DNA of 64,000 bases from an uncultured archaeon (GTDB lineage: Archaea; Asgardarchaeota; Lokiarchaeia; Sigyniarchaeales; SOKP01), in the NCBI GenBank assembly GCA_964486045.1, contig CAZALK010000017.1, positions 56,312 to 120,311 on the forward strand, read 5' to 3'. Below are positions 51,342 through 60,942 of this stretch, one piece after another; the stretch's first letter is position 1; each line of letters starts with the position of its first letter. The notes under the pieces were generated by a model. The model had not been told where the DNA came from. It saw nothing but the letters and a program-made list of their open reading frames with translations, and did no database searches. Both the position numbers and the translations under genes were made by a program.

Positions 51342-52379
51342 GTGTACATAATAGAAAGCATTCCTGTCGACGACAAATCGTATTCCGCGCTCATTACTCT
51401 ACTTAGGCTTAAGACAGGTTTAAACTTTGAGTATTACAACAAACAATTTATTGAGAAAAGAATAAAATCTAGAATGATTCGAGTTAAAGTTTATACTCTC
51501 GATGACTATTATAGATATATATCATCAACACAGGAAGAAGTCAAAAAATTTGTTGATGGATTTACAGTAAATTATACTTTCTTTTTTCGAGATTATGATG
51601 TATTTGAAACACTTCAAGATTTATTCATTCATGGATTAAGAGTAAGTAGAAAAGATATAAAGAGTGATATAAGACCAGATACAGCTAAGTTAAAAAATTT
51701 TCGTACAAAATCCAATGCTGTGAAAAATGCAATCAAGATTAGTAAATATAACTATCGCCCAGAGCGGTTTTATGTTGATATATTTATTTTTCTAAATCAA
51801 CTTTCATACTTTCAAAAAATGAAGAAACCTAGAAGTGCGCAAAATTGTATTAATATATGGTCTTGCCCATGTGCTACTGGAGAAGAACCTTATTCGATTG
51901 CAATGATATTAGATAATTTAGAAACTCAAGTTCCACGTTTCCCTAAGAATAGGATAGTTGCATCTGATATAGCTCATGAAGCAATTGCAAAAGCAAAAAT
52001 AGGGAATTATACAAATGATTCGATGAAAGAAATCTCAGATTATTACGAAACCAAGTATTTTTCGAGACAAAAAACCCATTTTGGTCATACTAATCTAATC
52101 AAAGAAGAGATCAAGCAAAAGATTGAATTTGTTGAAGAGGATGTTACTCAAGGTCATAGTCTGCCATACTATTATGATATAATTTTCTGTAGATATCTTC
52201 TTATTTATTTTAACAGAGAAAATAGGCATAGATTTTTAAAAATCCTTGAAAACCGTTTAGTGGAAAATGGAATCTTGATCTTGGGAAAAACTGAAACTTT
52301 ATTTGATTCCTGGGGTTCGTTAAAACTAATCGATTCGAGAAATCGTATTTATATTAAGTCTCAATCTAAACTTTATTAA
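51342..52379 (+). CDS. cheR: CheR-type protein-glutamate O-methyltransferase (orphan)
   Basis: TVNYTFFFRD, WSCPCATGEEPYSIAM, DIIFCRYLLIYF, LILGKTE. Confidence 0.85.
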   Translation: MYIIESIPVDDKSYSALITLLRLKTGLNFEYYNKQFIEKRIKSRMIRVKVYTLDDYYRYISSTQEEVKKFVDGFTVNYTFFFRDYDVFETLQDLFIHGLRVSRKDIKSDIRPDTAKLKNFRTKSNAVKNAIKISKYNYRPERFYVDIFIFLNQLSYFQKMKKPRSAQNCINIWSCPCATGEEPYSIAMILDNLETQVPRFPKNRIVASDIAHEAIAKAKIGNYTNDSMKEISDYYETKYFSRQKTHFGHTNLIKEEIKQKIEFVEEDVTQGHSLPYYYDIIFCRYLLIYFNRENRHRFLKILENRLVENGILILGKTETLFDSWGSLKLIDSRNRIYIKSQSKLY

Positions 52380-52397
52380 AATTAAATTCAATCTTGT

Positions 52398-53165
52398 TCA
52401 GTAAATAAAGGGAATAAAGGCTTTACGATCCTGTGGATAATTCACAAAAGTTTCTTTATACCATTTGTGATTAGAACGTGCTCTAGGCGCTAAATTCGCA
52501 AAAGTCCATAGCGCAAAAATCAGTCCAGGAAAACTTCAAGTCATTATAGCCCATCCCGTCCATTCAGTAATCTCACCAAAATAGCTAGGAGAACTTATAT
52601 AGCGAAACATACCCCCATAAGGTATATTATATCCAGTTTCACCGGGTTTTCGTAAATTACGAATTATATAATCTGACTGGAGATTTATAACAAAACCAGA
52701 AAAGAAAATAATAACCCCTAAGATAAATAAGGGGTTGAAAAGCCAGCTTACCGTATAACTGGGAGAAAAAGTATATATCCATCTAGCTTGAATATAAGCA
52801 TTAATACCATTAAACGTAATTCCCATCAATACAATAATAATAGGTATTACTTGTTTTCCACGAATTAAAAAAGAAAAGACAAATGTTCGTTGACAATAAT
52901 GCACCATCCATATTATCATTAATACTAAGGGGACTAATTCAGCCTTTCGATTTCCTACAAGGAAATAGAACAAATAAATAATAACCGTTGGTATTTCCAT
53001 TAAGAACCAACCTAGCTTGTTGTTTATTGTTGCACCCCACTTTTTATTTAAATATTTTCCGTAGCCAGCAAGAATAAATAGTAAAATAATGAAGAAGAAG
53101 ATTGACGAAAATCCGAAACTTAGTAATATAAGATTAAATATAAAGAACTCATTCAAACGCTTCAC
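52398..53165 (-). pseudogene. Steroid 5-alpha-reductase-like (SRD5A/DUF1295) gene with an in-frame TGA at 52536-52538
   Basis: GWFLMEIP, HYCQR, YFGEITEWTG; frame continues past the stop: SFPGLIFALWTFANLAPRARSNHKWYKETFVNYPQDRKAFIPFIY*. Confidence 0.75.
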
Positions 53166-53166
53166 T

Positions 53167-54582
53167 TTATTTATTATGTTTTGGCCTTAGTAATACAGCT
53201 CGTTTTTCTAAGATCAATGAGATTACTTTTTTATCTTTCTGATACCATTTAACGCTTAATACCCATAAAATAATTCCTGGTAGAGAGAAAATTCCGATGA
53301 TTAAAGCAACGAGTTGGTAATTATTTCCAGAGGCTTGAATAAAAAAACCTGTAATTAAAGGCCCAGATCCCCAACCAATACTTTCTAATAATCGATTTAA
53401 AGAAACAACCTGTCCTTGAGCTTCTGGTAAATTTATTTGTTGCAAAACTGGGGGTTGGTTAATTTCGTATAATGAAGAAATTGATGAGGAAACAGACTCA
53501 ATTGTTCCTATCAACCAAATTATGGGAAATGAAAAAAAAAGAGCAAGGTTTTTTCCTTCTTCTACAGTAAAATGGGGTAGAGGTACATAAAAAATCAATA
53601 CAAAGGTTGACGTACCCGCAACTAACGAGATTATAATAAAATAAATTCTTCTAATGTCTTTATTCTTAGATAGCTTGTCTGATAATTTAGCAAGAATTAG
53701 TTTCATAATTAATCCAATAGTTAATCCAAAGAATGCTAAAAATGCACCCGTGACGAATGGAGAAAAGTTGTGAGGTTCTGTTTGTAAATAAGGCAAGAAT
53801 AAAATAGTTAAGCTACCCATGAATACACTTGTAAATATTCCCTCAACTAAAGCTACGATATTAGTTTTGCTAAATATCGTTTTCCTCATCATTTTTATAT
53901 CTAATTGAAAATCATATGATACTTTATCATCCTTGAGAACCTCTGAAAGTTCTTTGCGTAAAATACCTCTCTTTGGCTCTTTAATTGTTAAAAACATTAA
54001 AAAACCAATAAATATCATTCCAATTCCAACAAAAATAAAAAAAACTCGCCATACTCCTATCAATACTAAAAATCCGGTTAATAAGAATCCAGTTAAACTA
54101 AAAGCAGATCGAATAATATTCCTTATACCAAAAAAACGAGATCTGGAGTTCAATGGGACTAAATCATTTGAAAGAGATGCTATTGATGAATAATTGCCAC
54201 CAGCAGAGATTCCAATAATAAAAGTAAAAGTGTAAAAATACAACCATGAATTTATTCCTAATCCAATAACAGTAAAGCCTAACAGTATCATACAAATCCC
54301 CCGAATAATTGAGATCATCAATAAAATTTTTGTCCGGCTGAATTTATCAATAAGTCGTCCAAATAAAAGACCAGCGAGAGAATTTGCCCAAAACATTGAA
54401 GTAATCATAAATCCCATTTCAAGGGCATGGTATGGCTCACTAGGCCAAAACAAAGAAGATAAGGGTACAACTAATATAATAATCCCACTAAACGCAAGTG
54501 AGAAAAATCCTGCTAATGAGTATAAAGCCCAAAAGGATTTGAGGAGATAGACATTAGAATATTCTGAATCTGTTTCTATCAT
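53167..54582 (-). CDS. MFS transporter
   Basis: FGRLIDKFSR motif, ~12 TM segments, WR..F. Confidence 0.88.
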   Translation of the reverse strand: MIETDSEYSNVYLLKSFWALYSLAGFFSLAFSGIIILVVPLSSLFWPSEPYHALEMGFMITSMFWANSLAGLLFGRLIDKFSRTKILLMISIIRGICMILLGFTVIGLGINSWLYFYTFTFIIGISAGGNYSSIASLSNDLVPLNSRSRFFGIRNIIRSAFSLTGFLLTGFLVLIGVWRVFFIFVGIGMIFIGFLMFLTIKEPKRGILRKELSEVLKDDKVSYDFQLDIKMMRKTIFSKTNIVALVEGIFTSVFMGSLTILFLPYLQTEPHNFSPFVTGAFLAFFGLTIGLIMKLILAKLSDKLSKNKDIRRIYFIIISLVAGTSTFVLIFYVPLPHFTVEEGKNLALFFSFPIIWLIGTIESVSSSISSLYEINQPPVLQQINLPEAQGQVVSLNRLLESIGWGSGPLITGFFIQASGNNYQLVALIIGIFSLPGIILWVLSVKWYQKDKKVISLILEKRAVLLRPKHNK

Positions 54583-54795
54583 TATAGTTTAAATTTTACC
54601 TAATTAGATAGTTAAATTCATTTTGAGTTTTTAATTTGTTCATTCTCTTTGTCTTTAAAATGAAGGTATGAGATATTCAGCAAGCCATACTAGTTATTAA
54701 TTTAACTTTAAAACATAATAATCATTTTAAGTTATAATTTCTCGACTAATCGTCCTTTTATGAAAAATTTAAAAGAATTATGATAATGCTAAATT

Positions 54796-55482
54796 ATGAT
54801 TAATAAATTTATTCAGAGAAATCTACCGTACATTTTGAGTATTATTGGGTGTTTACAATTTGGTGTACTAACAAGTATTGCAATGATTTTTTACATGGGA
54901 GGAACCTATATCGATTCTTCTCCTTTAGGTTATATATTCTGGATGAATTATTTTAGTGACCTTGGCCGAACTGTGGCTCATTCTGGAATTCCAAATACAA
55001 TATCTTTTGTACTTTTTACCATAGCTTTGAGTTTATGGGGTATAACTCAAATTCCGTTTTACATTTCTTTCCCAACCTTTTTCAAAACTTATCCAAATTT
55101 AAGGAAGATTAGTATAAGTGGTTCTATTTTGGGAATTATTTCAGGAATATCCTTTGTAGGTATAGCTTTTACTCCTTCAGATATTACCAGCAGTTTCCAT
55201 GATCTTTTTGTGGTAATTTGTTTTTTTTTCGTTTATTTTAGTATTATATTATACTCCTATGTAATATTTAAAAATGAGAATTATCCGAATTTTTATGGTA
55301 TTATTCTTACCATCTCAGCCTTTATTTTAAACGTGTATTTTCTAATTCTTTTTGTTACATCCAATAGTCGAACTCCGGAAGGATTGCTAATTTCCGTGGT
55401 TGGGCAAAAGCTTATGATTTACACACTTCTTGTAAGTAATATTATTCAAGGATATGGGGCTTTGAAACAAAATTCTTCTTAA
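54796..55482 (+). CDS. DUF998-like membrane protein
   Basis: NYFSDLG, FH, QK; multiple TM segments. Confidence 0.65.
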   Translation: MINKFIQRNLPYILSIIGCLQFGVLTSIAMIFYMGGTYIDSSPLGYIFWMNYFSDLGRTVAHSGIPNTISFVLFTIALSLWGITQIPFYISFPTFFKTYPNLRKISISGSILGIISGISFVGIAFTPSDITSSFHDLFVVICFFFVYFSIILYSYVIFKNENYPNFYGIILTISAFILNVYFLILFVTSNSRTPEGLLISVVGQKLMIYTLLVSNIIQGYGALKQNSS

Positions 55483-55557
55483 ATTTATACTACAATAATT
55501 TTTAAAGCTTTTTCCCTTTTCTAAAATATTACGTAAATAGGAAAAAAACTTACAACG

Positions 55558-56286
55558 ATGAATAGAACCAATGAATTAAAAAATAGACTTGAATCTCATT
55601 CTCTTAAGGGTATAATTTTTGATTTTGACGGAACTCTACTTGATATAAGAGAAATACTCGAGAAATCGATTGAAGAAGTTCTGGTGGATCAAAATATTAA
55701 TATCGATATGGAAATAACGATTCAGGAGATTGGAGCTCTATTAGAGACAATTCAAGGATTCCCCTTGCCAAAAATACTACTTGAGTCTTATGAAATATTC
55801 AAGCATATAACTAGCTTGAACAATTTAAGTTATTTTAAACAACTAAGAATAGCTGTGAAGATTTTTACTAAATATCTTGTATATTCCAAAGCTGCCTCTT
55901 TCTTACCGGGAGTTAAACAACTGTTAAAAAAATTAGCGAAATCTTTTGATCTATTTATTGTGTCTCATAATAAAACAGAAACTATTATGGAACACCTAGA
56001 AAATGAAGATATTGATAAGATTTTCAAAGGTGTTTTTGGTAGTGATAGAATCCCTGTCCAAAAACCAGATCCTCTAGCGCTCCAACCTCCCTTAGAAACA
56101 TATGAAAAGCGAGTGAGGGATGATTTTTTAATGATAGGGGATATGCCATCCGACATTATCGCTGGGCGTGAAGCGGGGCTATGGACTATAGGTGTTGCAA
56201 GCGGAGTAAGTAAAAAAGAGATTTTACTTGAGTATCACCCAGACTTATTAATTAATTCATTAGATGAGTTATTAGAAATGTTATAA
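55558..56286 (+). CDS. HAD-family phosphatase
   Basis: FDFDGTL, KPDP, IGDMPSDI.AG. Confidence 0.9.
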   Translation: MNRTNELKNRLESHSLKGIIFDFDGTLLDIREILEKSIEEVLVDQNINIDMEITIQEIGALLETIQGFPLPKILLESYEIFKHITSLNNLSYFKQLRIAVKIFTKYLVYSKAASFLPGVKQLLKKLAKSFDLFIVSHNKTETIMEHLENEDIDKIFKGVFGSDRIPVQKPDPLALQPPLETYEKRVRDDFLMIGDMPSDIIAGREAGLWTIGVASGVSKKEILLEYHPDLLINSLDELLEML

Positions 56287-56546
56287 ATGCTTTTTTTGAA
56301 TTTAATTATAAAAATAATAAAATATGAAGAAAAGTTTAAATAAAAACTGTCATTTGAATCGTTCTTAACATAATATAGTACTCTGTTTTATTTGTTATCT
56401 GATTGTTAAGACGAAAACACACGCTTTTCAAATTTTTCAGTGTATTTCAATAACCAATAATTTTTTATATCAATATGTATTTAAGTAAAGATATAGTTCA
56501 GCTGAATAAATTGAGTTTTATTAAGATTTAATGCTTTTTTTAATAA

Positions 56547-58261
56547 TTGAAGGTGAAAATTATCGAGCTCGAAAAACCAGGCAAAAAAGGATTTGAAATC
56601 GCTGAGGAAATGGAGCGTAGAAAGTCCACCGAGGAGAAACTCCAAAAAGGGTTGAAATACGAGAAACGACATCAAGATTGGACCTATAAACTTATGAAAT
56701 TCAATCCTATCGATCCATTGAATGATTTATATCGTTTTATCGTTAAGCGATTAGACTTAAAGCAAATAGAAGGCCGGCTTCAATGGTGGAGTGCCTATTA
56801 CTCCTGGCTCAGTTAGAGCAGAGTGGGCAAATCTACATCAGATGGGCGGCACGTATTTTCTGGAACTTTAAGATAGAATACCCTAAAGGAAATATGTTTC
56901 CAGAATGGGGTCCAGGAATCCTTGTAGGCTCACATGAGAGCCATTTGGACCCGTTCTTCTACGGATCGGCTTGTCAAAGACGTATCCGCTACATGAGTAA
57001 GCTTGATAATTTTAAGACACCAATTGTAAAAACTCTCTTTAATAATCTCGGAGCTTTCAAAGTTGATCGTGAAAATCCCGAACGAGGGTGGCAAAAAGCA
57101 AAAGAAATATTGTTAGGCGGCGAATGTATAGGAATATTTCCAGAGGGTACACGTTCTAAGGATGGAACCATTGGAGAATTTAAGACAGGAGCGGTAAGAC
57201 TGGCAGTTGAGATGCAGGTTCCTATTATTCCCATGGCAGTTATCGGTTCGAGGAATGCATTACCTAAAGGTAATTTAGTAATGAAACCGACCCAAGTAAA
57301 AGTACGTGTTGGTGATCCTATTTCTTATTCTGATTATGATATCAATTCTGTTTCTTATAATGATATTAAACGGTTAACTGATGAATTAAGGAATAATGTC
57401 TGGGAATTACGTGAGGGAGTTTATGGTAAAGAAGAGGATAAAGAACTTTCAATCGGCTCACCTGAAGAATTTCCAAAAGAATCCAAATTTAATATCATGC
57501 GTTATTTGAAAGATCAAGCTATAGGTGCTGTAACACTCATTGATGATATCTGGTATGGGCTTTTAAGAAGTCTAGAAGAGTTTGGAGCACGCGAAATATT
57601 ACAAAAACCTATGCAGGCGTTATCAGGGGAAGTGGTTTGTGGTTGGTCAGATCTCATGATGCCATATAAAGTTATAAATTTTAGAAAATATATCCCTCAA
57701 GAAGGCGCAGCTCTTATATGTCCAAGTCATAATTCTGAATGGGACGTACTTTTACTGGCAGCAAGCATAATCCATCACCCACCAAGACGCGTTGCGTACC
57801 AAATGGCAAAGCAATCACTTTTTAAGATTCCTCTCGTAAACGCTTGGGTAAGAAATCATCATGCTTTTCCATTAAAACGAGGGATGCATGATGTAGGTTC
57901 ATTTAATTACGCGAGGGAACTTCTTGAGCAAGGGAAGATAGTTATTACTTATCCAGAGGGTACTACTAATACAGGGAATGGTCAATTATTAGAAGGACAT
58001 ACTGGCCCAATGCGCTTGGCAATCCAGGCACAGGTGCCTATTATTCCTCTAGGCATAACGGGAAGCGAGAACATATACGCCAAACACGCAAAAATGCTCA
58101 CTTTTTATAAAGGGTGTGTCTTAAAAGCTGGGGAACCGTTTTTGGAGCATCAACAATATTGGGGCAAACGAGTGCCTGATTATGATGAACTTAAGAGATT
58201 GACAGTTAATATGATGAGTCGGATAAGAAAATTATTATTGTATGATACACCGGATGCCTAA
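56547..58261 (+). CDS. Tandem two-domain PlsC-type lysophospholipid acyltransferase, probably join(56547..56798,56831..58261), ~560 aa
   Basis: SHESHLD/FPEGTRS and SHNSEWD/YPEGT; track ORFs 56547..56816 and 56783..58261 join after removal of a BHB-bounded insert. Confidence 0.75.
56799..56830 (+). other. Putative BHB/BHL-type mRNA intron, 32 nt (register uncertain)
   Basis: GCCU/GGGC central helix, AUU and AAA bulges, ACUC/GAGU and GCUC/GAGC inner stems, outer UGGUG.AG/CU.CAUCA. Confidence 0.6.
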
Positions 58262-58274
58262 TAGCAAAGATTAT

Positions 58275-58622
58275 TTAAACATTATATTTCATTAGACTAT
58301 ATCGTAAACGATTATATAATAAGATAGAAAACTCATCCATTAAAGAATAATCTATTTTTACTTCACTGAATCCCAATTTTTCATTAGTAATTTCATGTTC
58401 TCTTACTTGAATAACATCTTCAACTATTAATTCATTTATTTTATCTGTTAGATATCTTGGTTCTTTTTCAACAAGCTTACTTAACAGACCAGTAACCCAG
58501 TGTCTAAACTCTCCAATATAATCCCCGTCTTTTTCAAAAAACTCTTTACCAAATTCAATTATCAGTTCAAAGAAATTAATTTTGGGATGCTCTATTAAAA
58601 ATATTAAGTCCCGCGTACTCAA
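58275..58622 (-). CDS. Hypothetical protein
   Basis: 115-aa ORF. Confidence 0.5.
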   Translation of the reverse strand: MSTRDLIFLIEHPKINFFELIIEFGKEFFEKDGDYIGEFRHWVTGLLSKLVEKEPRYLTDKINELIVEDVIQVREHEITNEKLGFSEVKIDYSLMDEFSILLYNRLRYSLMKYNV

Positions 58623-58699
58623 GTATTTATCCTTAAAAGAGTAAATTAAACCTAGAGTCTTCTTATTTAATAAATACTCATTACTTTTTACATCCTCTA

Positions 58700-58890
58700 T
58701 TAACCAGGAAGAAGGGTGTTTCCTTTCAAATCTATAGAAATGAATTCATTTCCTATAATCTTTTTAACTTTTTCCAGCTCTCCTACAGCGATAATTTTCT
58801 CATTTTCAATTCCAACCGCTTCAACTAGTGGTTGGTTTTCATCTATTGTTATAACTGGTCCATTAAAAAATAGTTTTTTTACAGGAATGT
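58700..58890 (-). pseudogene. Truncated N-terminal remnant of an amidohydrolase paralogous to 59035..60627
   Basis: KKLFFNGPVITIDENQPLVEAVGIENEKIIAVG...IDLKGNTLLPG* aligns with KKIFYNGPIITMEE...IDLEGKTLLPG. Confidence 0.8.
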
Positions 58891-59034
58891 CATTGTGCTT
58901 CTGATAAATTATTTCATTATGTTTTTAATATTATATTATCGATCAAATCCCTTAATATTTCTCATAATTTTCAATACTTAATCTTAGGCTTTTAGAAATA
59001 TAAGGTTTATAAGAAAAGTAGTATAAATATGAAA

Positions 59035-60627
59035 TCAATTCAATTCTTTACCTAAACTTTTATAAACTGATTTTCCTCTTATAATTGTTTCGATTACTTT
59101 AATGTTTTTGATATCTTCATCAATAACTTCAAGAGGATTTCTATCGAGAATAACCATATCTGCTAGTTTTCCAGCTTTTATACTTCCCTTGATATTTTCT
59201 TCGAATGCAGCATAAGCACCATTTATTGTATAAGTTTTTAAAGCTTCCTCCATAGTCAAGCATTCTTCAGGAATAAACCCATTTCGAGTGACTAACGCAT
59301 GGAGACCCAAAATTATATCTGGATCTTCAACGGGACAATCTGAACCTGATGCTAATGTAATTCCAGAATGAGTAACAGATCTAAACGGATAAATGTATTT
59401 ACATCGTTCTTTACCTAAACGTTTTTCTAACCAGGTGTATTCTGAATTAATAAAAGGGGGTTGGCTGGAAACAATTAACTTGTATTTTTGGATATCCCTA
59501 ATAACATCGGAAGTTAGCATCGATGCATGTTCAATTCGATGTCTATGATTTTCTCTTGGAGATTCTTCTAACAATCTCTTAAATAGATCAACGCAGATTC
59601 TATTACCTTTATCCCCAATAGTATGAATTGCGATTTGAAATCCATTCTCGTGTGCTTCTTTCATTTGATTGTACATATCAGCTTCATCGGTCACGCAAAA
59701 TCCACTCATATCAGGTGCGTCAGAAAAGGGTTCGAACATGTATGCGGTTTTTGCACCTAAAGTACCATCAAGATATCCTTTCCAACCCCCGATCTTAAAT
59801 TTACTGTCTTCTTTCCCACCATCCAAGGGGGGTTTTTTTAACCGCCTTAATTTTTTTGGTTTTGGGGTATTAATTATCCCATACCAGTTCTGAAGTACCT
59901 CTTTTTGAATTAATCGGTATAATGGAGTCTCAACTTCTAAGGAAAAGATCCCATGAAGAGATGTAATTCCCTTTTGTGCTAGTAATAAAAATGCTTCTAT
60001 CGCTACTTCCTTGAGGATTTCAGGATTGGGCATTATCATTTTTATAATTTCAGGAAATATCTTGACTAGTGCGTTTTCGCCAATAACTCCTGTTAATTCT
60101 CCTTCTTCATTCTTCCGAATTTCACCAAAGTTAGAAACATCTGTTTCGGCGGTTATACCAACTAGCTCTAAGGCTTTTGTGTTACCAATCCCAATATGAC
60201 CATCATACCTGGAGATAAAAACAGGATTCTTAGGACAAACAGTATCTAAGTCCCATCGTGTAGGTAATATTGGATCATCAAACATTTCTTCGTTTAACTT
60301 TAAACCAATTATTAATTCCCCTTCTTGCTTTTTTTCAGCTGTTTCTTTTAACAGTTCTTGAAGTTCTTCTAAACTCTTAATCTTTGAGAGATCTAGGTTC
60401 AACAAGGAGAACATGAAAGCTGTTGGGTGTAAATGTGAATCTATAAAGCCAGGAAGGAGTGTTTTTCCTTCCAAGTCTATAAAATCATATTCATCACCAA
60501 GTTCCTTTTTAACATCATCTAACGTTCCTACAGCAATAATTTTTTCTCCTTCAATTCCCACAGCTTCAGCACTCAGCTGTTTTTCTTCCATTGTGATAAT
60601 CGGTCCATTATAGAATATTTTTTTCAA
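59035..60627 (-). CDS. Amidohydrolase 3 family (YtcJ-like)
   Basis: PGFIDSHLH, HTIGD, RIEHAS, GSDCPV, GKLAD. Confidence 0.9.
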   Translation of the reverse strand: MKKIFYNGPIITMEEKQLSAEAVGIEGEKIIAVGTLDDVKKELGDEYDFIDLEGKTLLPGFIDSHLHPTAFMFSLLNLDLSKIKSLEELQELLKETAEKKQEGELIIGLKLNEEMFDDPILPTRWDLDTVCPKNPVFISRYDGHIGIGNTKALELVGITAETDVSNFGEIRKNEEGELTGVIGENALVKIFPEIIKMIMPNPEILKEVAIEAFLLLAQKGITSLHGIFSLEVETPLYRLIQKEVLQNWYGIINTPKPKKLRRLKKPPLDGGKEDSKFKIGGWKGYLDGTLGAKTAYMFEPFSDAPDMSGFCVTDEADMYNQMKEAHENGFQIAIHTIGDKGNRICVDLFKRLLEESPRENHRHRIEHASMLTSDVIRDIQKYKLIVSSQPPFINSEYTWLEKRLGKERCKYIYPFRSVTHSGITLASGSDCPVEDPDIILGLHALVTRNGFIPEECLTMEEALKTYTINGAYAAFEENIKGSIKAGKLADMVILDRNPLEVIDEDIKNIKVIETIIRGKSVYKSLGKELN

Positions 60628-60755
60628 AGGTGTCTTACCTACCTATTTTCTTTATTTAATTCTTTTAGAGTTAGATATCTATACTTACATTTCGAAAGAT
60701 AAAAGGTTTATATAATTATTGTTATTATTATCCATAGGATATAATCAAAAGAGAT

Positions 60756-60914
60756 ATGAAAATGAAGCCATCTGTGCTAAAAAAATTGAATTTAATTATT
60801 GAAGAAGCTAATAGATTAAAAGATAAAACTAAATTTCAAAAAGCGATTGACAAATTCGAACAAGAATTTTTTAACTTTACTTCATTTGATCTATTATTTG
60901 ATCTAGAATTTTGA
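60756..60914 (+). pseudogene. Short ORF, possible TPR-protein N-terminal remnant
   Basis: MKMKPSVLKKLNLIIEEANRLKDKTKFQKAIDKFEQ... ending after 52 codons. Confidence 0.35.
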
Positions 60915-60942
60915 TAAGTGAAAGTCTTGAGGAACTAATATA

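Noticed and set aside
52536-52538. Selenocysteine at the in-frame TGA
   Set aside because: The position appears to correspond to Trp rather than Cys, and no SECIS-like element was seen.
56814-56816. Pyrrolysine or readthrough of the TAG ending ORF 56547..56816
   Set aside because: The same frame beyond TAG is not PlsC-like and soon stops; the coding sequence continues in another frame.
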